From positions 7,093 to 71,092 of the forward strand of contig CAZYBG010000003.1 of NCBI GenBank assembly GCA_964645155.1: DNA of 64,000 nt, given 5' to 3'. Position 1 is the first letter of the stretch, and every line of letters starts with the position of its first letter. The notes under the pieces were generated by a model that worked only from the letters and a program-made list of their open reading frames with translations, searched no databases and was not told where the DNA came from. Both the position numbers and the translations under genes were made by a program. This document shows, in pieces, positions 1 to 7,991 of the stretch. Source of the DNA: an uncultured Rhodobacterales bacterium (GTDB lineage: Bacteria > Pseudomonadota > Alphaproteobacteria > Rhodobacterales > Rhodobacteraceae).

Positions 1-51
1 GAGCCGTGGCGCCGCGGAGCCCTCGCCTTGGGGCGCCGGGAAGCTGGGCGT

Positions 52-76
52 GGAACCTTCTTCCACCCCGACTGTT
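52..76 (+). promoter_or_regulatory. Weak EcfG-like promoter candidate upstream of levansucrase (GGAAC-N16-TGTT)
   Basis: GGAAC at 52-56 and TGTT at 73-76. The -10 element deviates from [C/G]GTT. Confidence 0.25.
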
Positions 77-87
77 CAACCAGTGAA

Positions 88-128
88 GCCCCTTACCCAA
101 CGGCAATCAGCCCCTTACCCGACGGCAA
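88..128 (+). repeat. Tandem 19-bp direct repeat (period 22 bp) just upstream of the levansucrase start
   Basis: gccccttacccAacggcaa (88-106) and gccccttacccGacggcaa (110-128), one mismatch. Confidence 0.8.
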
Positions 129-145
129 CCTGACGGGACCTCCGA

Positions 146-1582
146 ATGCGCAACCACTCCTCCACCCTTATGGCCGCCCTCGGGCTCGTGTTCACCACCG
201 CCGCGGCGGCCTCGCCCGGACCGGCGTGGGATAACAGCGCAGCCGCGTTCCAGCTTGCGCAGACCGAGCAACCGGAGCAGGAGCCCGCGACGACGGAGCC
301 TGCCGAGGGCAGCGAGGAGCCCGCCGTCGCCGAGGATCAGGAGGCGCTCGCCACGCCCGGCGCGTTCCGCTTCGACGGTGCGATGGCGGCGGAGTGGCCG
401 AAGGCGGTGGCCGCGGAGATCACTCAGGACGTGCATGTCACCGTGCCCCTGATGATCCACCCTCAGGAAGACTTCGACGAGGGCACCTATGTCTGGGACG
501 CCTGGCCGATCCGCGATGTCGACGGGTCGGTATCCGAGTTCGACGGGTGGGTCGTGATGGTGGCGCTCAGCGCCGGGTGGAACGAGGTCGAGGAGACCGG
601 GAACGCCTTCTATACGCTGTCCGAACTGCGCTACTGGTACACCCGCGACGGCGACTGGCGGCCCGGCGGCACGATCTTCTCGCGCGCCGACGGCCTGGGC
701 TCGCGCCAGTGGGCGGGATCGGCAGTCCACGACGCCGAGACCGGCGAGGTCACGTTCTACTACACCGCCGTCGGCGACCCCGAGGCGCCGGGCGTGGAGG
801 ACGATCCCGCGCCGCGCCCGGTCTCGATCTTCAACGAGGCGATCGGCCGGCCCTCGACGGTGCAGCGCCTGGCCGCGGCCACGGCAACCGTCGCGGTCAC
901 CGACGACGGCATCGCCTTCGAGAACGTCGGCAACCACCGCATCATCGGCGAGGCGGACGGGTTCTGGTACGACACCCACGACACCTACCTGATGGGCGAG
1001 GCGGTCTACGGGTTCCGCGATCCGGAATACTGGCGCAACCCGCGCACCGGCGAGGAGCACATCCTCTTCACCGGCAATGCGGCCGGCCTGCCCGGGCCCT
1101 ACAACGGTGCGGTCGGGCTGATGACGCGCAATGGCGACAACTGGGAACTGGAACCTCCGATCCTCGTCGCGAACGGGGTCAACTCCCAGCTCGAGCGGCC
1201 GCATGTGGTGACCCGCGACGACGGGCTCTACCTGTTCTTCTCGACGCACGACTTCACCTTCGCGCCCGATGTTGCAGGTCCGCGCGGCCTTTACGGCTTC
1301 CGCTCCGCCTCGGGCGATCTGAGGGGCCATCTCACGCCGCTCAACGGCCATGGCCTGGTGGCCGCGAACCCGGTGGAGGCGCCCGAGCAGGTCTATTCCT
1401 TCCTCGTCCTGCCCGACGGCCAGGTGATGAGCTATCTCAACGTGCTCTGGGGCTTCGGGCAGCGGCCAGAGTATGAGGGCCGCGAGATGTTCGGCGCCCC
1501 GGCGCCGCTGTTCCGCATCGCCCTCGACGACGACACCGCAGTGATCGACGGACACGACACGACGGCCGCGCGGGATGACTGA
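146..1582 (+). CDS. sacB: Levansucrase (glycoside hydrolase family 68), secreted
   Basis: 478-aa ORF. Signal-like N-terminus (LMAALGLVFTTAAAASP). GH68 blocks VWDAWPI (nucleophile Asp), FRDPEYW (RDP) and QLERPHVV (acid/base Glu block). Confidence 0.85.
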   Translation: MRNHSSTLMAALGLVFTTAAAASPGPAWDNSAAAFQLAQTEQPEQEPATTEPAEGSEEPAVAEDQEALATPGAFRFDGAMAAEWPKAVAAEITQDVHVTVPLMIHPQEDFDEGTYVWDAWPIRDVDGSVSEFDGWVVMVALSAGWNEVEETGNAFYTLSELRYWYTRDGDWRPGGTIFSRADGLGSRQWAGSAVHDAETGEVTFYYTAVGDPEAPGVEDDPAPRPVSIFNEAIGRPSTVQRLAAATATVAVTDDGIAFENVGNHRIIGEADGFWYDTHDTYLMGEAVYGFRDPEYWRNPRTGEEHILFTGNAAGLPGPYNGAVGLMTRNGDNWELEPPILVANGVNSQLERPHVVTRDDGLYLFFSTHDFTFAPDVAGPRGLYGFRSASGDLRGHLTPLNGHGLVAANPVEAPEQVYSFLVLPDGQVMSYLNVLWGFGQRPEYEGREMFGAPAPLFRIALDDDTAVIDGHDTTAARDD

Positions 1583-3644
1583 CCGCCGGCCGGTCGCGCA
1601 AGGGTGCGCGACCCTCGCGGCTGCCCTGCTCCTCGGCTGGCCCGCCGCTGCCGACATCCTCGCACTGGACGGGGCGCGGTTCACGCTCGGCCCGCTCGCG
1701 CTCTCGGCCCCCCATGCGCACCGCGCGCTTCTTCCCGTCGCTGGGCCGCCGGGAGGGTTCAGGTTCGACGGCAACTCGAACTGGCTCGAATCCGGCGGCC
1801 CGGTGACGCTCGACCCCGCCGCAGGCCTTGCCGCGGGCGCTTGGCTGGCGCTGGCCGCGCCGCCGGGCGACGACGCGGCGGTCATCCATCTGGCCGAGGG
1901 CGGCCTGTTCCTGGGGCTCAACCGCTGGCTCCAGCCCGAGATCCGGCTGGGTCCGCTCCGGGCCAAGGCGCAGGCACCGCTGCCGCTGTCGGACTGGGTG
2001 CACCTTGCGGGCGACTACGACGGGCAGACGCTGCGTCTGCGCGTGAACGGCGTGGTCGTCGCCGAGGCCGAGGGCGAGGTGCGCGCACCGCTCCGGGGCC
2101 GCCTCGCGATCGGCCGGGCCCTCGACGCGGGCTTCCAGGAAGGCATCCACCCGCTCGGCGCCCTCAACGGCATCCTCGGCAAGGTCACCCTGCGCCGCAG
2201 CGCGGACCCGGTCACCCCCGGCGCGGCCCCGGAGGATGCGCCCGATCTCGGCGCGCCGGAAGAATGGTATGCCGACGACCCCGACCGCCCGCGCATCCTC
2301 CCGCTCGGCGCGGCGGGCTGGACGAACGAGCCGCATGCCCTGACCTGGCGCGACGGCCTGTGGCACCTGTACTACCAGGCCAACCCCAACGGCGCCTATT
2401 GGCGGCACATCGTCTGGGGCCACCAGGTCTCGGCCGACCTCGTGACATGGCGGGGCCGGCCACCCGCGCTGATCCCCGGCACCGGGTTCGACCGCCGCGG
2501 CGTCTGGGTCGGAAACTGGATCCCCGGCCACGAGCCGCCGCGGGTCGTCTATACCGGCGTCAACGGCCAGTGGGCCGGGATCGGGCTGGCCGAGGCCGAC
2601 GGCAACGGCGCGCTGCGGCGGGTGCGGGTGATCGCCCACGACACGCCGAGCGCATACCAGGACATGCGCGACCCCTGGGTCATCCGCACCGGCGACGGCT
2701 GGCTCATGCTGATCGGCGCCGGGCGTCGCGATGCCGACGAGGCCTTCGTCTACAGCTACCGCTCCGACGACGGCGAAACCTGGGAGCCTTCGGGCCGCTT
2801 CGACACCGGCGGCGCGCGGATCCCCGGCGAGTACTGGGAACTGCCGATGCTGCTGCAGCTTGACGACCGCTGGCTGCTGTTCGGCACGCCGGTGGTGGCG
2901 GGCGTGCCGGCGCGGACGCTCTACTGGTTCGGCCAGTTCGACGGCAGCCGCTTCGTTCCCGACGACCCCGAGCCGCGGCAGCTCGACATCCTTGCCACCT
3001 ACCGCGCCCCGACGCTGGCCCGCGGCCCGGAGGGCGAGACGGTCTCTGTCGGCATCATCGCCGACGAGATCCGCGGCGAGCGGCAGCGGCATCAGGCCGG
3101 CTGGGTGCACGTGCTGACGCCGGCCACCGTCCTGAGCCGCTGTGCCGACGATCCCGCGGCCCTCTGCCAGCGCTTCGCCCCGGCGCTGTCCGCCGCCTTC
3201 GACCGCGAGGTCGCTGCCGCCGGCGACATGGCGGGCGGCACGACGCGGGCCCGCCTGCCGGCCGGCGACGCACCTGTCGTCCTTCGCGCCGAGGTCGCCG
3301 CGGCCGCAGGCGGCGCGGTCCGCCTCGGCTTCAGGGCCGCGCCGGGCGGCGGCCCGGTCGCCGAGCTGACCGTCGATGCAAGGACGGGGATGGTGCGCCT
3401 CGACTACACCGTCGGGCCGACGCTGCCGCTGCACCGCGCGGCGATCGTCGAGGGGAGGATCGCGCCGGCGGACCGGATCGAGATCGAGCTCCTGATCGAC
3501 GGCGCGGCGATCTTCGGCGCGGTGAACGGCCGGCCCCTCGGCTTCCTCGCCTTCGCCGGCACCCCACGTCGCGACCAGCTGCTGATCGAGTCCACGGGGG
3601 GCGCCGTGATCGAGAGGGCCGAACTCTCCGCCCGGCGCCGCTAG
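1575..3644 (+). CDS. Glycoside hydrolase family 32 (levanase/beta-fructofuranosidase-like) with N-terminal LamG/concanavalin-like domain
   Basis: 689-aa ORF overlapping the sacB stop by 8 nt. GH32 blocks WTNEPHALTW..WHLYYQANP, WGHQVSADLVTW, MRDPWVI, YWELPML. The first ~230 aa resemble a Laminin_G_3 lectin fold (TLRLRVNGVVV). Confidence 0.8.
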   Translation: MTDRRPVAQGCATLAAALLLGWPAAADILALDGARFTLGPLALSAPHAHRALLPVAGPPGGFRFDGNSNWLESGGPVTLDPAAGLAAGAWLALAAPPGDDAAVIHLAEGGLFLGLNRWLQPEIRLGPLRAKAQAPLPLSDWVHLAGDYDGQTLRLRVNGVVVAEAEGEVRAPLRGRLAIGRALDAGFQEGIHPLGALNGILGKVTLRRSADPVTPGAAPEDAPDLGAPEEWYADDPDRPRILPLGAAGWTNEPHALTWRDGLWHLYYQANPNGAYWRHIVWGHQVSADLVTWRGRPPALIPGTGFDRRGVWVGNWIPGHEPPRVVYTGVNGQWAGIGLAEADGNGALRRVRVIAHDTPSAYQDMRDPWVIRTGDGWLMLIGAGRRDADEAFVYSYRSDDGETWEPSGRFDTGGARIPGEYWELPMLLQLDDRWLLFGTPVVAGVPARTLYWFGQFDGSRFVPDDPEPRQLDILATYRAPTLARGPEGETVSVGIIADEIRGERQRHQAGWVHVLTPATVLSRCADDPAALCQRFAPALSAAFDREVAAAGDMAGGTTRARLPAGDAPVVLRAEVAAAAGGAVRLGFRAAPGGGPVAELTVDARTGMVRLDYTVGPTLPLHRAAIVEGRIAPADRIEIELLIDGAAIFGAVNGRPLGFLAFAGTPRRDQLLIESTGGAVIERAELSARRR

Positions 3645-3755
3645 CCGGCCTGCGGGCAGCTTCCGGTGGCCGGCCGGTCCTCGGCCATGCGCCGGGTGGA
3701 CCCGACACAAGGGACGTCGTCACCGGGCCGGCCGACCACGCCGGCTGGAGGCGCG

Positions 3756-5645
3756 TCAGTCACCCAGGCGATAGGCCACGACCTGATCGGCCACCTGCGG
3801 CTTCAGGATCGAGTTGCCGCCCGCCACGAAGGCCACGTAGTCGACCCCCTCGTGGGTATAGACCGCCGGGATCGCCACCGCGGGGGCGGCCACGAGGTCC
3901 GACCACAGTTCCTCGCCCGTCGCCGCGTCGAGCGCGCGGACGCGGGCGTCCATCGAGGCGCCGAGGAACACCACGCCCCCGGCCGTCACCACCGGACCGC
4001 CGAGCGTGGGCGAACCCCAGGACGACGGGCCGTAGAAGCCCCATTGCTGCGACCGGCCAAACGGCACCTCGTAGAGCCGCTCGCCCGTCGTGAGGTCGTA
4101 GGCCGAGAATGTCCCGTAGGGCGGCGCCCAGCAGGGCAGGCCCAGCCGGTTGCGCCATTCGGTCAGTTCAATCCCATAGGGCGCGCCTTCCTGCGGGTAG
4201 AAGCCCGCCTCGTTGCCGCTGCCGCCGTCCTCGTATTCGTCGCGCGGGATCAGGCGGACGATCTGCACCACGCGCATCGAGTTGACATAGAGGATGCCGG
4301 TGCGCGGATCGACCGCCGCGCCGCCCCAGTTGTTGGCGCCGGCTGTGCCCGGATACATGATCGTGCCCACCTCGGAGGGCGGGGTGAAGATGCCCTCGTA
4401 GCGGTACTGTTCGCGCTCGCGCGAGCACTGACCGAGGCTTGTCGTGTCGCCGAGCCAGCTTACCGCCGGCATCTCGAACGGGTCGTTCGTCGGCGGCGGC
4501 ACCAGCGCGAAGGGCTGGGTCTCGGCCGCGACCTCGCCGTCGGCGTCGCTCGGCGGCACCGGGCGGTCCTCGATCGGGAAGAGCGGCGTGCCGTCGCGGC
4601 GGTCGAGGACGAAGAGAAAGCCCTGCTTCGTCGTCTGCACCAGCGCCGGCACGATCTGCCCGTCGCGGGTGATGTCGACAAGCTGCGGCGCGGCCGACGT
4701 GTCGTAGTCCCAGATGTCGTGGCGGACATGCTGGAAGTTCCAGCGCAGCTCGCCCGTCGCGACATCGACCGCCGCAACCGACGTGGCGAGCGGGATCGGG
4801 TCGATCCGGTTGCCGCCCCAGTAGTTCGGCGAGGGCGACGAGACGGGGACGTAGACGAGGCCGAGTTCGGGGTCGGCGGCCATCGATGCCCAGATATTGG
4901 CGGTGCCGGTCACCGGGATCAGGTCCTCGGGGATGAAGCCGAGGTCCCAGAGCAGTTCGCCCGTGCGCGCGTCGATCGCCATGAGGTTGCCCGGCGGCGC
5001 CACGGAGTACTCCCAGTCCATCCCCGCCCAGCCGAGCAGCAGCGTGTCGCCCACCACGGTCGGCGGCTGCAGGAGCGAGAACGGAAAGCGCGTGTTCCGG
5101 GTGTTCCACTGGTTGACGTCGAGCACCCCGCCTTCGGCGAAATCGGCGCAGGGGGTGCCGGTATCGGCATCGACCGCATGCAACCTCGCATCCATCGTGC
5201 CGAGGTAGACCCGCTTCTCGCAGGCACCTTCGGCGCCGCTTTCCCAATAGGCCACGCCGCGGTTCTTCAGCGCCGGCTGGGTCAGCGGCTCGAGCGTCGA
5301 CTGGCTGTCGTAGCTCCACCGCTCCGCCCCGGTCGCGGGATCGAGCGCGAGGATGCGGTAGAACGGCGTGCCGAGGTAGAGCGTGTCGTTGGCGTAGATC
5401 GGCGTCGCCGACCAGACCGTCTCGGGCAGCTCGCCCGAACCGTCCGACACATCGCCCGTCCGCACCTCCCAGGCGCGTTCGAGGCGGCCGACGCTTTCCG
5501 GCGTGAAGCCTTCGACATCGGCGAACTTCGTCGCGGCGAGGTCGCCGTTGTAGGTGTCCCATACGGGCTGGTCGGCGCCAGCGGCGGATGCCGCGCAGAG
5601 AATGCCGAGGGCGAGCGGAACGGGCAGCAGGGGCCGGCAGCTCAC
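3756..5645 (-). CDS. PQQ-dependent (quinoprotein) dehydrogenase, periplasmic, glucose/quinate-dehydrogenase-like
   Basis: Start set at GTG 5645, which overlaps the stop of the upstream membrane-protein gene (GTGA). Sec signal LALGILCAASAAGA/DQP. Repeated propeller blocks ALDPATGAERW, AVDADTG, AIDARTGELLW, AVDVATGELRW, ALDAATGEELW. The 5' part of the 835-aa track ORF is Arg/Gly-rich off-frame sequence. Confidence 0.8.
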   Translation of the reverse strand: MSCRPLLPVPLALGILCAASAAGADQPVWDTYNGDLAATKFADVEGFTPESVGRLERAWEVRTGDVSDGSGELPETVWSATPIYANDTLYLGTPFYRILALDPATGAERWSYDSQSTLEPLTQPALKNRGVAYWESGAEGACEKRVYLGTMDARLHAVDADTGTPCADFAEGGVLDVNQWNTRNTRFPFSLLQPPTVVGDTLLLGWAGMDWEYSVAPPGNLMAIDARTGELLWDLGFIPEDLIPVTGTANIWASMAADPELGLVYVPVSSPSPNYWGGNRIDPIPLATSVAAVDVATGELRWNFQHVRHDIWDYDTSAAPQLVDITRDGQIVPALVQTTKQGFLFVLDRRDGTPLFPIEDRPVPPSDADGEVAAETQPFALVPPPTNDPFEMPAVSWLGDTTSLGQCSREREQYRYEGIFTPPSEVGTIMYPGTAGANNWGGAAVDPRTGILYVNSMRVVQIVRLIPRDEYEDGGSGNEAGFYPQEGAPYGIELTEWRNRLGLPCWAPPYGTFSAYDLTTGERLYEVPFGRSQQWGFYGPSSWGSPTLGGPVVTAGGVVFLGASMDARVRALDAATGEELWSDLVAAPAVAIPAVYTHEGVDYVAFVAGGNSILKPQVADQVVAYRLGD

Positions 5646-6049
5646 GATGCCGCCCTCCGGCGCGCGACCGCGGCGCCGAGCGCAACCGCCGCGGCAAGCA
5701 GCATCGCCCCGCACATCAGGAACTGCATCAGGAAGTAGGCGGCCAGCGCAGTCAGGAGCGCGCCGACCACCACCAGCACCTCCAGCAGCGTAAGAAGGCC
5801 GCCGCGCAGTGCGGGCACCGCCGCGAGGAGCGCGCCGAGCGCGACGGCCACTGCGCCGACCAAGGCGAGGAGCGCGCCCGGCGTACCGGTCACGCCCGTT
5901 TCCTCGACGAGGTAGGCCCAAGCACCAAGGCCGGCGCCAGCGAGCGCGGGCACGGCTGCGAGGGCGTGGAACCGGTGGACACGGCCTTCGTCCCGCCAGG
6001 CGGTGGTCGCCACCGCCTGTCGATGCGTCATCACCCGTGCTGCGCCCAT
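5642..6049 (-). CDS. Small integral membrane protein (about 4 TM helices), translationally coupled to the PQQ dehydrogenase
   Basis: 135-aa ORF with long hydrophobic stretches (ALLALVGAVAVALGALLAAV, LLEVLVVVGALLTALAAYFLMQFLM). Its stop overlaps the GTG start of the dehydrogenase. Confidence 0.55.
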   Translation of the reverse strand: MGAARVMTHRQAVATTAWRDEGRVHRFHALAAVPALAGAGLGAWAYLVEETGVTGTPGALLALVGAVAVALGALLAAVPALRGGLLTLLEVLVVVGALLTALAAYFLMQFLMCGAMLLAAAVALGAAVARRRAAS

Positions 6050-6091
6050 GACAAATCCCTTTCCGTCCGCTGCCTAGCCTGCTGCCGGACA

Positions 6092-6117
6092 AACCGCGCC
6101 GTGCAGGCCAAGGTTCC
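6092..6117 (-). promoter_or_regulatory. EcfG-type promoter candidate (GGAAC-N17-GGTT) toward the membrane-protein/PQQ-dehydrogenase genes
   Basis: Plus strand shows AACC at 6092-6095 and GTTCC at 6113-6117. The -10 lies about 43 nt upstream of ATG 6049. Confidence 0.5.
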
Positions 6118-6120
6118 CGC

Positions 6121-6145
6121 GGAACGATCTCGGCACCCGGACGTT
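6121..6145 (+). promoter_or_regulatory. EcfG-type promoter candidate (GGAAC-N16-CGTT) toward ctaG-like/HemJ-like genes
   Basis: GGAAC 6121-6125, 16-nt spacer, CGTT 6142-6145. Confidence 0.5.
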
Positions 6146-6147
6146 CC
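6123..6147 (-). promoter_or_regulatory. EcfG-type promoter candidate (GGAAC-N16-CGTT) on the opposite strand of the same palindrome
   Basis: The reverse complement of 6143-6147 is GGAAC and of 6123-6126 is CGTT. GGAACG (6121-6126) and CGTTCC (6142-6147) form an inverted repeat. Confidence 0.5.
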
Positions 6148-6298
6148 ACGCTGCGACACCCCCGACAGAGACCGCGGGTGGCACTGGAGCGATGGGCGGG
6201 CACATGGGCGATCGGCAGGCGGCAGCAGACCCGGGAGCGACCTCCGGCAGGATCTGCCGCCAACCCGGCTCACCGCGCGTGACCGCCGGCCACCGGCG

Positions 6299-7000
6299 AT
6301 GATCGCGCTCGAGGGCATCTATTGCGGCCCGGCGCCCCTGCCGTCGGAGCTCTGGCTCCGCTGGAACCTCGATCCCGTCCCGATCGCAGGCCTCGCTGCT
6401 CTGGTGTGGCTGGTGCGCGGATCGGTCGCCGGGCTTGCGGGGGTCTTCGTACTTGCGGTGGCGTTCATCTCGCCGCTCTGCGCGCTGTCGGCCGCGCTTT
6501 TCGCCGCGCGGGCCGCCCATCACGTCCTGCTGGTCGCCGTCGCGGCGCCGCTTCTGGCGCTCGCCTTGCCGGCATCGCGCCCGGTGGCCGCGGGGCTGCC
6601 GTTTCTCGCCGCGACGGCGGCGCTCTGGGCGTGGCACGCGCCGGCGGCCTACGACTTGGCCCTTGGCAACGTCGCGGCCTACTGGCTGATGCAGCTCACG
6701 CTGCTCGGGACCGGTGTCTGGTTCTGGCGGGCCACGCTCTCGCGCCCTGCAGGCGCCGGGGCGCTCTGGGTGCTCGGCGCCTACATGGCGATGGGGCTGC
6801 TCGGCGCGCTTCTCACCTTCGCGCCGGTGCCGCTCTACGCGATCCACCGCGTCGCTCCGCTCGACTGGGGGCTGCTCCCGCTCGCCGACCAGCAGCTCGG
6901 CGGGCTTCTGATGTGGGTGCCCGCGGCCCTGCCCTACGCGGTGATGGGTCTCGTCCTCGGGCGGCGGTCGTGGCGCGCGATGCAGGCCGGCGCGGCATGA
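6299..7000 (+). CDS. ctaG: Cytochrome c oxidase assembly factor, CtaG (caa3-type, COG3336)-like membrane protein
   Basis: ATG at 6299 (MIALEGIYCG..). Polytopic membrane protein containing AAHHVLLV and LADQQLGGLLMWVP blocks, typical of the Bacillus-type CtaG family. Located next to an oxidase operon. Confidence 0.6.
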   Translation: MIALEGIYCGPAPLPSELWLRWNLDPVPIAGLAALVWLVRGSVAGLAGVFVLAVAFISPLCALSAALFAARAAHHVLLVAVAAPLLALALPASRPVAAGLPFLAATAALWAWHAPAAYDLALGNVAAYWLMQLTLLGTGVWFWRATLSRPAGAGALWVLGAYMAMGLLGALLTFAPVPLYAIHRVAPLDWGLLPLADQQLGGLLMWVPAALPYAVMGLVLGRRSWRAMQAGAA

Positions 7001-7506
7001 TGGCGATCGAGCCCCTGGTCCCGCATCTGAAGGCGCTGCATATCGCCGCGCTCGCGATCTGGGTCGCGGCGCTCTTCGCGATCCCGGCGATGCTGGCGCG
7101 CCACGATCCGGCGATCGGCCAGGACGACTACGCCCGGATCCGCCGGGCGACGCATTTCAGCTACACCGCCTTGATGACCCCGGCCGCGGTCATCGCCGTC
7201 GCTTCCGGCACCCTCCTCATCTTCCTGCGGGGCGCGTTCTTTCCCTGGCTTATGGCCAAGCTGGTGCTCGTGGCCATGATGGTCGTCTTCCATGCGTGGC
7301 TCGGCCACACCCTCGTCAAGGTCGCCGAGACAGAGGGCGAACACGACCCGCCGGAGCCGCTGCTGCCCTCGCTCATCCTGACGGTGCTGGTGGCGGGCGT
7401 GCTCGGCCTGGTGCTGGCGAAACCGGAACTCGACGAGATCGCGATGCCGGACTGGCTGACCGAGCCGAGGGGAGGTCAGCTCCCCTTCGCGGTTCCCAGA
7501 CGGTAG
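6997..7506 (+). CDS. HemJ/CopD-like (UPF0093-type) membrane protein
   Basis: ATGA overlap with ctaG. The N-terminus LKALHIAALAIWVAALFAIPAMLARHD matches the HemJ-family pattern (LKA-H-I..W.A.LF..P....H). 4-5 TM helices. Confidence 0.45.
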   Translation: MMAIEPLVPHLKALHIAALAIWVAALFAIPAMLARHDPAIGQDDYARIRRATHFSYTALMTPAAVIAVASGTLLIFLRGAFFPWLMAKLVLVAMMVVFHAWLGHTLVKVAETEGEHDPPEPLLPSLILTVLVAGVLGLVLAKPELDEIAMPDWLTEPRGGQLPFAVPRR

Positions 7507-7991
7507 TCGAAGACGAGCTTGCCGCCATGCCAGCCGGTCACCGCCACCACCAGCACGTTGAAGCCCGAGAGCAGGATGCCCCACGGCAGGATCGCCGACT
7601 CGTAGCCGGTGAGCCGCCAGCCCCAGTTGAGGCCGAGGAGCGACAGCAGCAGGACGGCGATGATGAAGTGCGTCCAGGCCGCAGCCCGCGCGCGGATGCC
7701 CCGCACCATCAGCAGTTCCATGGTTCCCGAGGCCCCCGCCGCGAGGCCGAAGAGAAAGGCCGTGCCCGACGCCCAGAGCGCCGCCCAGGCCCATTGCTGG
7801 CTGCCCGACCACCAGTAGAGCGCATCAGCCCCGAAGGTGCAGAAGGTCAGCGCCACCGGGAACGCGACCGTCATGGCGTGGATCGGGTGGCCCCAGACGG
7901 CCAGCCGAGATTCCGTCTCGTGAAAGCCTTCGCGCATGCTGATCGGGTCGATCAGCGTCTCGTCGCGATCCTGCACCATCTTGTCGGCCAT
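7476..7991 (-). CDS. DUF2231-like integral membrane protein
   Basis: 171-aa ORF. WGHPIHAMTVAFPVAL motif followed by 4 TM helices. Converges on and overlaps the previous gene by 31 nt. Confidence 0.5.
   Translation of the reverse strand: MADKMVQDRDETLIDPISMREGFHETESRLAVWGHPIHAMTVAFPVALTFCTFGADALYWWSGSQQWAWAALWASGTAFLFGLAAGASGTMELLMVRGIRARAAAWTHFIIAVLLLSLLGLNWGWRLTGYESAILPWGILLSGFNVLVVAVTGWHGGKLVFDYRLGTAKGS

Noticed and set aside
107-1966. 619-aa minus-strand ORF antisense to the levansucrase and GH32 genes
   Set aside because: The translation is rich in Arg, Gly, Ala and Pro with no recognisable motifs. It fully overlaps strongly supported genes, so it is the typical open-frame artefact of high-GC DNA. 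The same applies to 1437-3710(-), 1604-2863(+) and 394-1476(+).
3666-5738. 690-aa plus-strand ORF antisense to the PQQ dehydrogenase
   Set aside because: No domain signatures and a biased composition. The opposite strand carries clear PQQ propeller motifs.
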